A stretch of DNA of 63,982 nt, filler included, from Candidatus Hydrogenedentota bacterium (GCA_040752395.1; 10 parts of 10 records of this genome joined end to end with filler, not necessarily neighbours in it), one strand, 5' to 3'. Shown: positions 10,179 to 20,503, counted from the first letter of the whole stretch. The notes: generated by a model not told the origin, from the sequence alone. Translations and numbers: made by a program.

Positions 10179-11036
10179 TTAAATAAAACTTGATAAACTC
10201 TGGATTTTTATCTGGTTCTTTTTGTCATCACCTTTTTTATGTACAGGCGTTTCAAGTATCTTCGGTATATCCTCAAATTTTTTCATATTTATAATTGTTC
10301 TAAAACAGGTATCACCGATATTCCCTTCGCCGATATGCCAATGTCTGTCGATATTCGAAGCTAAGTCTACAGGCGAATCATTTAAATGTATGACTTTTAA
10401 TCTATCCAGGCCTATCTTATCATCCACTTCCTTTAGCCAATTCTTAACCCCTGTTTCTGTATCTATTTTATACCCGGCACCCCAGGCATGTGAGGTATCA
10501 AGACATATACCAAGCCGGGACGAATATTTACTCATTTCAATAATCCTCTGCATCTCTTCTATTTTAGTTCCCATCGAGTTCTTAGTACCTGCTGTGTTCT
10601 CAAGCAAAATTAAAACCTCATTATTTTTATTCTCTTTCATAGCAAATTCTATCGCTTCAAGTATACGCTTTAACCCATTCTCATAACCAGCTCCAAGATG
10701 GCTTCCGAGATGTGTTACAAGATAAGGGATGCCAAGCAAAGCACATCTTTTAAGTTCTTCTTTTAACGATAAGACTGACTTTTTGTAAAATTCCTGGTTA
10801 TTACCTGCTAAATTTGGTAGATAAGGCATATGAGCTACTGCAATTTTAATATTATTTATTTTAAGACTATCTTTGAATCTTAAAATCTCATCTTTTTGTA
10901 AAGGGGTATAATTCCAGCCACGCGGATTTCTTGTAAACATCTGAAAAGTCAAAAGCCCTTTACTTTGTGCTGACTCAGCAGCTTTATATAATCCGCCAGC
11001 AATGGATTCATGAAAACCAAATAATGGTGGCTTCAT
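10179..11036 (-). CDS. nfo: Endonuclease IV
   Basis: H-S-I-A-G-G, HMPYLPNL, HLGSH, LLENTAG, CLDTSH, HLNDS, DRHWHIG, ILETP. Confidence 0.95.
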   Translation of the reverse strand: MKPPLFGFHESIAGGLYKAAESAQSKGLLTFQMFTRNPRGWNYTPLQKDEILRFKDSLKINNIKIAVAHMPYLPNLAGNNQEFYKKSVLSLKEELKRCALLGIPYLVTHLGSHLGAGYENGLKRILEAIEFAMKENKNNEVLILLENTAGTKNSMGTKIEEMQRIIEMSKYSSRLGICLDTSHAWGAGYKIDTETGVKNWLKEVDDKIGLDRLKVIHLNDSPVDLASNIDRHWHIGEGNIGDTCFRTIINMKKFEDIPKILETPVHKKGDDKKNQIKIQSLSSFI

Positions 11037-11041
11037 TTCTA

Positions 11042-11857
11042 TTACACCATCTCTTGATGTGGTCTGTATATGAACCCCCCATCAAAATGTATCTCATCTT
11101 TTTTTACATTAGAAAAAAAATTGCTGATAAATTCTGAGAAAAACTGGTTAGCCATCTCAGTATATGTCGTAACTTCAGATAATGGTAACTTCTTTTCTGT
11201 TAACCCATTTATATAATTAATCCCGAAACCCAATAAAATTGAGGGTATCTCCATTTCACCTGATAAAATCACTTCAGGTATGCCGACAGTAGTAATAGCA
11301 GTGAGTCCCATACTATAAAAATACATAGCTTCAGATTTTGATGTACCCCGCAGGGAAGGGAAATATCCGCATATCCCTTCATAAAAATCATAGTCACATC
11401 TCTTTATTGTATCAGCTGCTACTTTTCTTACAGATGGTGCAAAGGGTTCGTCAAACACATAATTTCCTCGTTTAGGATCCCCTGGCTGGTTGAACATTGT
11501 ACAGACTACACCATCTGGCAATCTGTTTTCAGGGAAAAAAACATCAGTAAAAAGAAGTGGTTTTGCAATCCGCATCTCTGTATTACATAAATTTGCATAC
11601 ACAAATGATAATACCAATTTTATATTTCTTGCAGCTAAAGCCCAGACATATGCTCTATAATTTACTAAAAGCGGATTAAGCTTATTTGCTTTACCAAATC
11701 TATAAACAAGCGTAATCGTAGCGCTACCTATATCCCCTGTTATCAAAGTAGTTCTGCCAAAAGGTGTGTCTATATTTTCTTCGGTTACATCATAAAACAG
11801 ATCAAGAGAGAGGCTCGGGGAATCTATTATAATTGCGGCTTTAATTTTCTCATCCAT
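11042..11857 (-). CDS. Divergent MTAP/purine nucleoside phosphorylase-like protein
   Basis: IDTPFG, VNYRAYVWAL, PEVIL resemble MTAP; canonical GGSG and RHG motifs are altered. Confidence 0.6.
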   Translation of the reverse strand: MDEKIKAAIIIDSPSLSLDLFYDVTEENIDTPFGRTTLITGDIGSATITLVYRFGKANKLNPLLVNYRAYVWALAARNIKLVLSFVYANLCNTEMRIAKPLLFTDVFFPENRLPDGVVCTMFNQPGDPKRGNYVFDEPFAPSVRKVAADTIKRCDYDFYEGICGYFPSLRGTSKSEAMYFYSMGLTAITTVGIPEVILSGEMEIPSILLGFGINYINGLTEKKLPLSEVTTYTEMANQFFSEFISNFFSNVKKDEIHFDGGFIYRPHQEMV

Positions 11858-11948
11858 ATTTTGCCATTTGTATGAGGTGCTCGACACCTGCACACATGTC
11901 TGTTCATTAGTTTTACTGTTATCAAGCGTGGTTAGCTGGGCTACAACT

Positions 11949-12170
11949 TCAGAATTCAGCTTCTACAGATTTAACCTCAGGTATTTTTTCTTTGAGTATT
12001 TTTTCAATCCCCATCTTAAGTGTCATCTGTGCTCCGGGGCAACCCACACAAGCGCCTTTTAATTTAACCTTGACAACACCGTCTATAACACTTAAAAGTT
12101 CTACGTCTCCGCCGTCGATCTGTAAATTAGGCCTTATAGAATCGATAACTTCTTTAACTTTTTGCTCCAT
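11949..12170 (-). CDS. NifU/NfuA-like Fe-S carrier domain protein
   Basis: IRPNLQIDGGDVEL...GACVGCP motif. Confidence 0.9.
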   Translation of the reverse strand: MEQKVKEVIDSIRPNLQIDGGDVELLSVIDGVVKVKLKGACVGCPGAQMTLKMGIEKILKEKIPEVKSVEAEF

Positions 12171-12261
12171 ATCTACACCTCCTAATTATCTTTTAGAAAT
12201 AATAAACAAAAATGTCAATTTTTTTCTCGTCGTTTCTTGCTTCTTGCTTCTATACTATCAC

Positions 12262-13278
12262 CTATACCTGCGTGATTACACCATTATCAACCTTTTTTTT
12301 AAGAATACGTATTTCGTTCCAATTTATATTTAAATAGTTAAAAGATATTAACCCGAATATGAAAAGATTAATCATCGAAAACACTCTGTCGCAGGCAATT
12401 ATTACTATACAGGTATCAATCGGGACGTTGAGAATGAAATGGAAAATTGATAAATATACAGCCTCGAATGTCCCGATTTTTGCAGGTATCCCGGGAATAT
12501 TAGTGATTAACGCAACGCAAATATAAGCTGCGATACAAATTAAAAATGATATGTTATAGTCTAAAGCCATAAATAAAGTATAATGTCTTAACCCGTCAAA
12601 AAATAACTGAAGAAAGATTATTATAGATAAAACAAACAAAAATAAAGGTTTAAATATTATATCTGAGGTACTAAAGACATCTTCGATTTTATTCATATCG
12701 ACTCTTAATAAAGGGATCCTTTGAGTCAGCATATATATAAGAGGAATAAAATAATCTCTTTTAATAGATAATAGATATATAGCTGCAAACGAAACTATAA
12801 GAGTTAATAGAAAAAAGATAACATATATTTTATATTGAGATAAAGTATCCTGGATTTTAAAACCAGTTAAAACAGCTACGATAATAACAATAACAGGTAG
12901 TGTCATAAAGGTAAAAATTCTTTCAAATAAAAGAACGATTGTAGATTTAATAATTGAAAGTTCATATTTTTGTTTTAAATAAATGACTTTAAATATCTCT
13001 CCGATCCCTGGAAAAATAAAATTAATGTACGAGCCTGAAAATATAAGATTATAAATATCATAAAATTTTAACTTAATTATATTTGTGAAAAGATATACTA
13101 TTTTTTGTGAATATAATATATACGTAAGAATATATAGAAGAGTGAAATAAATAAAATAATACCATTTAAAATTTAATATCGTCTCTTTTAATGATTTTAT
13201 CTCAACCTTTATTGCTATTAAAATAAAGAGTAATGCGATAAAAAATAAAAAAATGATTTTAAATAAGTTTCTTTTCAT
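12262..13278 (-). CDS. Lysylphosphatidylglycerol-synthase TM domain / flippase-like membrane protein
   Basis: NFIFPGIGE, ERIF, PAKIGTFE motifs; multiple TM helices. Confidence 0.75.
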   Translation of the reverse strand: MKRNLFKIIFLFFIALLFILIAIKVEIKSLKETILNFKWYYFIYFTLLYILTYILYSQKIVYLFTNIIKLKFYDIYNLIFSGSYINFIFPGIGEIFKVIYLKQKYELSIIKSTIVLLFERIFTFMTLPVIVIIVAVLTGFKIQDTLSQYKIYVIFFLLTLIVSFAAIYLLSIKRDYFIPLIYMLTQRIPLLRVDMNKIEDVFSTSDIIFKPLFLFVLSIIIFLQLFFDGLRHYTLFMALDYNISFLICIAAYICVALITNIPGIPAKIGTFEAVYLSIFHFILNVPIDTCIVIIACDRVFSMINLFIFGLISFNYLNINWNEIRILKKKVDNGVITQV

Positions 13279-14350
13279 TTTTAAGTTTATAAAAAGTGTA
13301 TTCGTTGTATAGTTTCAAAATACCTGCTTTTTTGAGAAAATATAGTATATAAGAAAGATTACCCGAGATAAAGGAAAAATCCATTCTGTAAATATTCCCG
13401 AGGCCGCGTCTTATTAAAAACAGAAACCTCATAAAAGTTCCTAATAAATTATATTCTTTTATATCATCACAGCCGTATTTTAAAATTAAATTAAAAATCC
13501 TTTTCGCCGGTTTAATTATACTCAAAAGATAATGTGAGATATTAAAGACCGTCATTCTCAAATGAAGAAGATTTTTATCTCTGGACTTCGGGATATTTTC
13601 ACTGGTAATATTTTTAATATTTATCTCAAGCAAAGAAGCGGGGAATATTCTTAATGAATGGAGGTTGATAATAAATGGTCTTGGCATATTATAAACTTTT
13701 TCTAAATGTTCTCTTCTCTCGCTAATTGTCGAGAAGAAGTTATCAAGGATTATGTCATAACCAGGCGGTGTTATATATTCCCTGAATTTTGCTATTATCT
13801 CTACTGATTTATCTATCAGTTCAATCGATGTTTTACGGTTATATACCTGTAAAATTTTTTCACTAAAATTCTGTATCCCCATTCTGAAAAATATTGACCC
13901 TGATTTCACAAGCAAACGTATCTTTTCTTCTGTTATATAATTCGGATGGGTCCCATAAGTTAAAAAGGGAAGTTTGATCTCGTTTGCGTATAGTTCAGCA
14001 AACTCTCTAAGTTTCTCATAACTAATAGCCATCATCCCATCATCAATAAAAGAAATCCATGAAATCATAGGATAGATTTTTAAAACCGATTTTATTTCAT
14101 CAATAATATAATGTGGTGAAGGGTAACGTATTTTAGCGTTGTCTCTATGCTGTGATATAAAAGTAGAATTATAACAGTATGCGCATTTATTGGGGCATCC
14201 ACGTGTCCATATTATATTCAAGTTTAACCCTAACCATTGCATATAAGCTCTCTTATCAATTATCCTGAAAGAATTGCTTTTTATATCAAAATATTTATTA
14301 TTAATATCAAAATCTAAGAATGGCAATCTTTCTAGTTCTTCATTAGTCAT
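13259..14350 (-). CDS. Radical SAM protein, apparently lacking its N-terminal B12-binding domain
   Basis: TRGCPNKCAYC and FIDD; linker-like residues continue in frame upstream without a start codon. Confidence 0.7.
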   Translation of the reverse strand: MTNEELERLPFLDFDINNKYFDIKSNSFRIIDKRAYMQWLGLNLNIIWTRGCPNKCAYCYNSTFISQHRDNAKIRYPSPHYIIDEIKSVLKIYPMISWISFIDDGMMAISYEKLREFAELYANEIKLPFLTYGTHPNYITEEKIRLLVKSGSIFFRMGIQNFSEKILQVYNRKTSIELIDKSVEIIAKFREYITPPGYDIILDNFFSTISERREHLEKVYNMPRPFIINLHSLRIFPASLLEINIKNITSENIPKSRDKNLLHLRMTVFNISHYLLSIIKPAKRIFNLILKYGCDDIKEYNLLGTFMRFLFLIRRGLGNIYRMDFSFISGNLSYILYFLKKAGILKLYNEYTFYKLKNEKKLI

Positions 14351-14406
14351 CGGTCTCTGATAAGGATTTTTTTTCAGTCCATCTTTTATGTTAAAATATA
14401 AACCAT

Positions 14407-16587
14407 CTATATCATAATATTCTCTTCCACTAAAATAAAATATAAACCTGCTAAATATGAGATCAATGAGATAAAAAATGAGACCATAATAGGTATGGGT
14501 CTGTAAATAAACCTTACGATATTCTCTCCTTTATCAAGATAAACTGATTTTAACGCACCTTTATAAAGATTTATGCTAACCTCTTTTTCATTCACATAGG
14601 CTTCCCAACCGGGATAATAGTTCTCAGTAAAAACAAGCAGACCATTATCCTCAACAGAATCAGCTTTAATAACAATCTCTGTTATATCATCTTTAACTAT
14701 CTCTGTTTTCTCTCTCGAACCATTATTATAAATAAATGCTCTGCAGGAATATTTTAAGTTTTGTAATAAATAATATATTCCGTGGTCAAGTTTATATGCA
14801 CTGCTTACCCTGAAAATATCTCTATTAAAATTCTTAATATTATTAGAGTGAACCAATATCCATTCAATACCAAAATCAGCTAAAATATCGGCATTATTTG
14901 ATGCTGCATTAGGATACTGAAACTCCCAGAAATTCTCTAATATTTCTTTGTTTAATAAACCATTTTCTATATAAGACTTAATAACATAAGAAGGTGCATA
15001 GGTATTTGGGGTACAAAGAGTTCGCAAGTTTAATAATGGCAATTGGGCTGTGCCCAATACTGTTGTATGAAGAAATAAAACTTTCTCATAAAACAGGATT
15101 GATTGTAAATCTGTTTTATATTTTGAGTTTTTAACAGTATTTTGTTTTACTGAATCAAGAAATTGATGAATCCTTCTAAAGTCTCTAACTAAATTTTTTA
15201 TGTAACCATTAATAATAGAATAATCAATATTGATTGCTGAAGAGATTATTATCACACAAATAAATATGTGTTCCAGCCTAAAAAATGTCTTTCTATAAAA
15301 CAATAATAGATATAATAAACATAATATAATTAACATTGCGGAGAAAGAACTTGTTTTACCGGCGTAGATAACCGGTACATTGAATAATAAAAATACTACT
15401 ATGAGTATTATTTTTAATCTATTTAATTGAACATTTGGTGCGTTTTTTCCTGACCGGCCATCCTTTAGCCCTTCTTGTTGAATGGTCTTAAAAGAAAGTA
15501 ATTTATCCAGTAAATCTGAACCGCTTAATGTAAATATTATACTTAAAAGTAAGTTCAATCTAAAAGGGTCATAACCTGAAAATTTATATGATATAAAACT
15601 CAAAAGATAACCCGGGATTATGTGCAATAATACGATTAAACAAATAACAATATAAAAAATAGAATCAGTTTCATTCCTGAATTTTTTAAGAAATGATAAT
15701 ATAAAAAATATTATTATAATATGATTAAAATACAAATATAATGGGGGATAAGGTACTTCCCCAACTAAAGCAGGTCCCCAAAATAGTGATAGAATCAGTT
15801 GATTAAAAGAAAAAAGGAACGTTTCATTATATTTAACACCCAGCCTTGCTGTTGCAAGTATAGATTCAAGTAAAGGCATCCAGTTTACTGAAGCTACCAT
15901 AAATCCTAAAACCAAAATTGATACAGGATTTAAGAAACCATTCTTCACTCCTGATGCATATCTCCCCCAAAATAACCTGTCAAAAAATATGTAAATAACA
16001 AATGCAAGTGAATGGTGATAAGACATATCAAGAAAGTGTAATGCAACAAGTAGTAAATAGAAGAATAAATATTTTGACTCTTTCTTTTTATCATAAAGAT
16101 GTAGAACACATAATATCCATATAAAAGTTATAAAGCCATTCATAACAGGTGAATAACCATAAAAAAATATAACAGGTCCTGTACACATAAATAATACTGC
16201 GAATAAAATACTTGCAATAAAACTTCTTCCTAAGATGCGTAAAAATCTACACATTCCAAAGAGAAGTAAAAAGAATTGTATATAATTTACAGATGTTTCT
16301 GCTTTAGATATTGGAAGAAAAAAATAAGGGATGTTCCAGAGCGAGATCACACCGATACCTGCAGGCCACGGAACGCCACCATAATGATATGGGTCCCATA
16401 CAGGATATTGAAATCTCTTTAATAATTCTGCGGTTTGATGTCTAAATATAGCATAAACATTATATGCATCAGAAGGCTGAATCAATGGTTTAAAAAGAAC
16501 ATTTATGTGAAATATAATAGTTATGATGATTAAAATAATCACTTCATAATAAATAGATTTTGTAATAATATTAATATTTTTATTCAT
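14407..16587 (-). CDS. YfhO-like multi-pass membrane protein (GT-C-like)
   Basis: PVWDPYHYGGVP near N-terminus; ENYYPGWEAYVN...VRFIYRP at C-terminus. Confidence 0.75.
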   Translation of the reverse strand: MNKNINIITKSIYYEVIILIIITIIFHINVLFKPLIQPSDAYNVYAIFRHQTAELLKRFQYPVWDPYHYGGVPWPAGIGVISLWNIPYFFLPISKAETSVNYIQFFLLLFGMCRFLRILGRSFIASILFAVLFMCTGPVIFFYGYSPVMNGFITFIWILCVLHLYDKKKESKYLFFYLLLVALHFLDMSYHHSLAFVIYIFFDRLFWGRYASGVKNGFLNPVSILVLGFMVASVNWMPLLESILATARLGVKYNETFLFSFNQLILSLFWGPALVGEVPYPPLYLYFNHIIIIFFILSFLKKFRNETDSIFYIVICLIVLLHIIPGYLLSFISYKFSGYDPFRLNLLLSIIFTLSGSDLLDKLLSFKTIQQEGLKDGRSGKNAPNVQLNRLKIILIVVFLLFNVPVIYAGKTSSFSAMLIILCLLYLLLFYRKTFFRLEHIFICVIIISSAINIDYSIINGYIKNLVRDFRRIHQFLDSVKQNTVKNSKYKTDLQSILFYEKVLFLHTTVLGTAQLPLLNLRTLCTPNTYAPSYVIKSYIENGLLNKEILENFWEFQYPNAASNNADILADFGIEWILVHSNNIKNFNRDIFRVSSAYKLDHGIYYLLQNLKYSCRAFIYNNGSREKTEIVKDDITEIVIKADSVEDNGLLVFTENYYPGWEAYVNEKEVSINLYKGALKSVYLDKGENIVRFIYRPIPIMVSFFISLISYLAGLYFILVEENIMI

Positions 16588-16608
16588 ACTTATAGACCGA
16601 CCCGGTTG

Positions 16609-17313
16609 CTATAGTTTTTTAAAAACGCCGAGTGCGCAGCCGACGTGAATATAGGGAACATCTTGTACTAACAATGTCATAAAACCCGAGTCTTCGAGAT
16701 GTTTTTGAAGTTCCTCTTTTTTCCATCGCCATTCATCACGACGCTCCTTTCGCCTGGTTAATAAACAATATGGTATTCCCCAGGCAATAATCCATCTTAT
16801 GTCCCAGAAAGATTTAATAATACCATTCTTTTTAATATATCTCAGAAACCAATGTGAGAACGTTTCATTGCTCGAAGTAGTTGAGATAACTAAATATCCT
16901 CCTGGCTTTAATACTCTATAAAATTCTGATAAAGCAGTTTGATAATTTTTAATCTTCATAATTACATGAAGGGAAGTTATCAGAACAAAAGAATCATCAG
17001 GATATTTTAATGGGTTATTCAAATCGGCAAATTCAAAAATGATATTTTTAATCTGGAGTTTATCCTGTTTTATCTTTGCTCTTTTAAGCACAGCCTCCCC
17101 GAAATCGATAGCCACAACATCGAAGCCTCGTTTTGCGAGCGGGAACGTAATGTTTCCATCACCGCAACCGGCATCAAGTGCTCTGGTTCCAGGCTGGAGG
17201 TGTAGTTCATCGATTCTTTCTAAAAAAGCATTATGCACATTCTTTACAAAATGTGATTTACGTGCAAAGGCATAAAATATACCTGCTTTCTTCCACCAGA
17301 AATCCTCAGCCAC
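16609..17313 (-). CDS. Class I SAM-dependent methyltransferase
   Basis: ALDAGCGDG motif I; EFYRVLKPGG. Confidence 0.9.
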   Translation of the reverse strand: MAEDFWWKKAGIFYAFARKSHFVKNVHNAFLERIDELHLQPGTRALDAGCGDGNITFPLAKRGFDVVAIDFGEAVLKRAKIKQDKLQIKNIIFEFADLNNPLKYPDDSFVLITSLHVIMKIKNYQTALSEFYRVLKPGGYLVISTTSSNETFSHWFLRYIKKNGIIKSFWDIRWIIAWGIPYCLLTRRKERRDEWRWKKEELQKHLEDSGFMTLLVQDVPYIHVGCALGVFKKL

Positions 17314-17320
17314 TTTTATT

Positions 17321-17488
17321 CTCCTCTGAAAAACGTTGTAACTCTAATAATTCGGGGTACAGGCTACAGGCTACGGACTACCAGCCGGCTGGAGCTAAAA
17401 GCCAAAAGCCTGCTGAAAAGTCTTGAGTCACGAGTCCTGTTTTGACTCACGACTCTTTTCATATCATCTTTAGTTTTTCATACGTTGT
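17321..17488 (-). repeat. RBS-ending modular repeat
   Basis: Ends TTTTTCAGAGGAG 7 nt before the GTG start of the methyltransferase. Confidence 0.9.
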
Positions 17489-17490
17489 TT

Positions 17491-17550
17491 ACCCCGTTAG
17501 AGAACCTAAATCAACTTATATGTCAACAAAGTAACTTTCTCTAACAGGGT
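17491..17550. mobile_element. 60-bp MITE-like element
   Basis: Terminal inverted repeat ACCCCGTTAGAGAA / TTCTCTAACAGGGT (13 of 14 match); overlaps the stop of the radical SAM gene. Confidence 0.55.
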
Positions 17551-18907
17551 GTATAGTCCGAAGCACTAAAGTTATAAATTGTAAAAAAGAATATTTCAAA
17601 TCATGAAACGATTTTAATCTTTTTAACCATCTAAAAATAAATTTTGGGTTTAAATAATGTTCTCTAATTATTTTTTTATAGGTATTTAAAATGTAATTTG
17701 TTGTTAAATCTGATTGTAAAAACAATACATCATCACCATCGCAGGCTTCCCAATTATTCCACAATGTTTCGTTTATTTTATAATTATTTTTTACAAACTC
17801 GCGCATCTCGGTGCCTGGCCAGGGATATGTAATCTGAACATTGACAAGGTCAAGTTTCAATTTTTTGATAAATTTCAGAGTCTCTTCAGTTGTTAGCCTG
17901 TTATCGCCTGGCAGATTTAACATAAAAAATCCTCTTTTCTCAAGCCCGAGCTCCTGAGTCAGCCTTAGAGTCTTTTCGATCTGGTTCGTTGTAATGCCTT
18001 TATTGTTGAATTTTAGTATCTCATCGACACCGGATTCAATACCATAGCCGATGCTGTAAAGCCCTATCTCTTTTAATCCTTTTAATACTTCCTTATCCAC
18101 GGTATCGATACGTGAGCAAGCCCTGATGTATATTTTATTTTTTCTTTTTCTCATTAATTCTATAAATTTTAAAACCCTTTCTCTATCTGCGGTTAAATTA
18201 TCATCAACAAAATTTATCTCTCTTGCTTTATATTTACTCTGTAACTCATCTATCTCTTCAACAATATTTTCAGCTGATCGAAAGCGTATGCCTTTACCCC
18301 TCAAATTTGAGCAAAAAAAACACCGCCAGTTACATCCCCTTGAAGAAAGTATAGGAAATTGTGGTAAGACATAATATTTGCCAGGTGAAGGGAAATATCT
18401 TTTCAATTCAAATTTATCTCTGGAAGGGAATGGAAAGATATCAAGATTGGTCTCGTATTCACTCTGCAGGATGGTTCGCGACTCGGGATTGTGTCCAGAG
18501 GCTATACTGGTCACAAGCTTTAATACAGAATGCTCTTCTTCACCGTGAATCACAAAATCTATGTAATTACATTCCTCAAATATTATCTCTTTTAATACCG
18601 TATAAACTCCAAAAGCAAATATCAGGATTTGATATTTTTCTTTAATTAACTTAGCAAGCTGGTATGCAGAGTAAGTGCTCCCAAGGTCTGAATTTATACC
18701 GATTATCCTGTATTCATTGAAATTAATACTTTTTAATTTTTTAATAGGATTTTTATAAATCTGAAAATCTACAACATCAACTGGAATAAAATTTTTAGAA
18801 AGAAAAGAAGCGACATAGGCAACATTAAGTGGTAGCTCAAAATCATAAGCACCCCAGAGAGCACCTCTAAAAAATGGCCTTCCAACTGAAAGTAATAATG
18901 TCTTCAT
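17516..18907 (-). CDS. B12-binding domain radical SAM protein
   Basis: LPLNVAYVAS N-domain, SSRGCNWRCFFC, FVDDN, GIESG, PWPGT. Confidence 0.9.
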   Translation of the reverse strand: MKTLLLSVGRPFFRGALWGAYDFELPLNVAYVASFLSKNFIPVDVVDFQIYKNPIKKLKSINFNEYRIIGINSDLGSTYSAYQLAKLIKEKYQILIFAFGVYTVLKEIIFEECNYIDFVIHGEEEHSVLKLVTSIASGHNPESRTILQSEYETNLDIFPFPSRDKFELKRYFPSPGKYYVLPQFPILSSRGCNWRCFFCSNLRGKGIRFRSAENIVEEIDELQSKYKAREINFVDDNLTADRERVLKFIELMRKRKNKIYIRACSRIDTVDKEVLKGLKEIGLYSIGYGIESGVDEILKFNNKGITTNQIEKTLRLTQELGLEKRGFFMLNLPGDNRLTTEETLKFIKKLKLDLVNVQITYPWPGTEMREFVKNNYKINETLWNNWEACDGDDVLFLQSDLTTNYILNTYKKIIREHYLNPKFIFRWLKRLKSFHDLKYSFLQFITLVLRTIHPVRESYFVDI

Positions 18908-19959
18908 TATGTCAAATGCCTGTAAAGTTTGTCCGTCATCAGTTCAAATACTGATAACGGGATATATTTTATAAATTTTCTATATTTAATGAAAGATGTT
19001 TCTGCACTTATGTCTTTAAATTTTGAGTTATTAAAAGAGATAAAATAAAGATTTGGATTCGTTATACTGCTACCCCATCTCGTTTTATAAAATAAAAGGT
19101 TTTTGCTCTGTATCGAGGTGACGCCAAGGTCCATCTCCTTTATCCCTGAACTATGCAACTTCATTATAATATGGTTAAGTAAATATGTAGATACTGAATA
19201 TTCATCAAATTCTTCATCTGATGCGCTATAAGCATAGTATGCTTTATCCCTGAATAAATAAATGATTATCCCGGCTACAGCTTTTTTATCATATCTGATA
19301 AGATATAATCTATGGTTTTTTACATTATTTTTAAGATTAACAAAAAATCTATAAGGTGATGGCAACATATGATGTTTGTTTTTAAATAGTTTAAGGAGCA
19401 CACTATAAAAATCCTCATAATCCTTTAATTCACAACCTATCTGAATAGAAAATCTTTTATTAGCCTCAATTTTTTTTATAATAGCCCTTATATTAGTCCT
19501 GAACTGCTTTTTATAATTTCTAAATGTATCTTCATAACTTCCTTCTAAGTTAAGCACAGGTACTACCCTGATATTCATTTTTTTCAAATCGCAGATTGCC
19601 GGGAGGACATTATACAATCTTAATTCAATACTCTTTACATCTCTTTTTTTAGCAAAATCAAGAATAAAATCAATTATTTCTCTGCAATCAGTTTCATTAT
19701 TATAAATTATTGAGCTGTAAAGACTAAACGGGTTTGAGACGAATTTTCTCCCGAAAATTAGACTATCGGTCTCAATAATTGAGATACCTGACTTAATGGC
19801 GTTCCCTTCTTTTTTTACAATACAATAATATGGGAAACTGTACGTCTGATTAATCGTTTTGAGCCAAGGGGACGTATTAAAAAATGACCCATTTTTATTT
19901 CCAGCTACAAATTCATCCCATATTTCAAGTTCGCTATCTTTTAATATTTCGATATTCAT
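18907..19959 (-). CDS. FemAB-like / GNAT family acyltransferase
   Basis: WDEFV...FF...W, MDLG, LLFYKTRWG pattern. Confidence 0.75.
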   Translation of the reverse strand: MNIEILKDSELEIWDEFVAGNKNGSFFNTSPWLKTINQTYSFPYYCIVKKEGNAIKSGISIIETDSLIFGRKFVSNPFSLYSSIIYNNETDCREIIDFILDFAKKRDVKSIELRLYNVLPAICDLKKMNIRVVPVLNLEGSYEDTFRNYKKQFRTNIRAIIKKIEANKRFSIQIGCELKDYEDFYSVLLKLFKNKHHMLPSPYRFFVNLKNNVKNHRLYLIRYDKKAVAGIIIYLFRDKAYYAYSASDEEFDEYSVSTYLLNHIIMKLHSSGIKEMDLGVTSIQSKNLLFYKTRWGSSITNPNLYFISFNNSKFKDISAETSFIKYRKFIKYIPLSVFELMTDKLYRHLT

Positions 19960-20268
19960 CAGGATAATCCGAGTAATTCTATTATATTTTTTGAGAGGAT
20001 TCTTTCTAAAACTGAGTTGTCTTTAATGCTGGTTTTCAAAATATTTAATGTAGTTTCCTGTTTTACCAGTGGGAAATCGCTTCCGAATATAAGTCGCTCA
20101 CATCCTAAATTCTGTAATGCTTTTAATATTGTTTTTGGGGCTTGAAAACTCGTATCAAGATATATATTCTTAAATTTCAGTGCCATCTCTATTACGATAT
20201 TGTAATATTCAAGCCCCATATGTGCAAATATGAATTTCATTTTTGGAAACTTTTTTAATAGATTGATA
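19959..20268 (-). CDS. Amidohydrolase_2 family protein, 5' end lost at contig edge
   Basis: FIFAHMG, NIYLDTS, RLIFGSDFP. Confidence 0.8.
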
Positions 20269-20368
20269 NNNNNNNNNNNNNNNNNNNNNNNNNNNNNNNN
20301 NNNNNNNNNNNNTTAATTAATTAANNNNNNNNNNNNNNNNNNNNNNNNNNNNNNNNNNNNNNNNNNNN
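20269..20368. other. Artificial contig linker (also 25482-25581, 30686-30785, 35890-35989, 41058-41157, 46182-46281, 51266-51365, 56341-56440, 61403-61502)
   Basis: N runs around TTAATTAATTAA (stops in all six frames), identical each time. Confidence 0.98.
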
Positions 20369-20493
20369 AATATATGAAAAACTAAAGATGATATGTTGGC
20401 TTCAGGCTCCGGGCTTCGGGTTCCAGCCGGCTGTAGTCCGTAGCCCGTAGCCTGTAGCCCGAATTATTAGAGTTACAGCGTTTTTCAGAGGAG
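20369..20493 (+). repeat. RBS-ending modular repeat (154-bp unit type, cut by contig edge)
   Basis: ATGAAAAACTAAAGATGATATG...CAGCCGGCTG...GAATTATTAGAGTTACAGCGTTTTTCAGAGGAG just before ATG 20504. Confidence 0.92.
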
Positions 20494-20503
20494 GAGATGA
20501 GCT

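Noticed and set aside
20461-20493. Terminal module as a conserved peptide (LLELQRFSEE)
   Set aside because: Several copies (128, 3721, 8892, 44451) have TAG in that frame.
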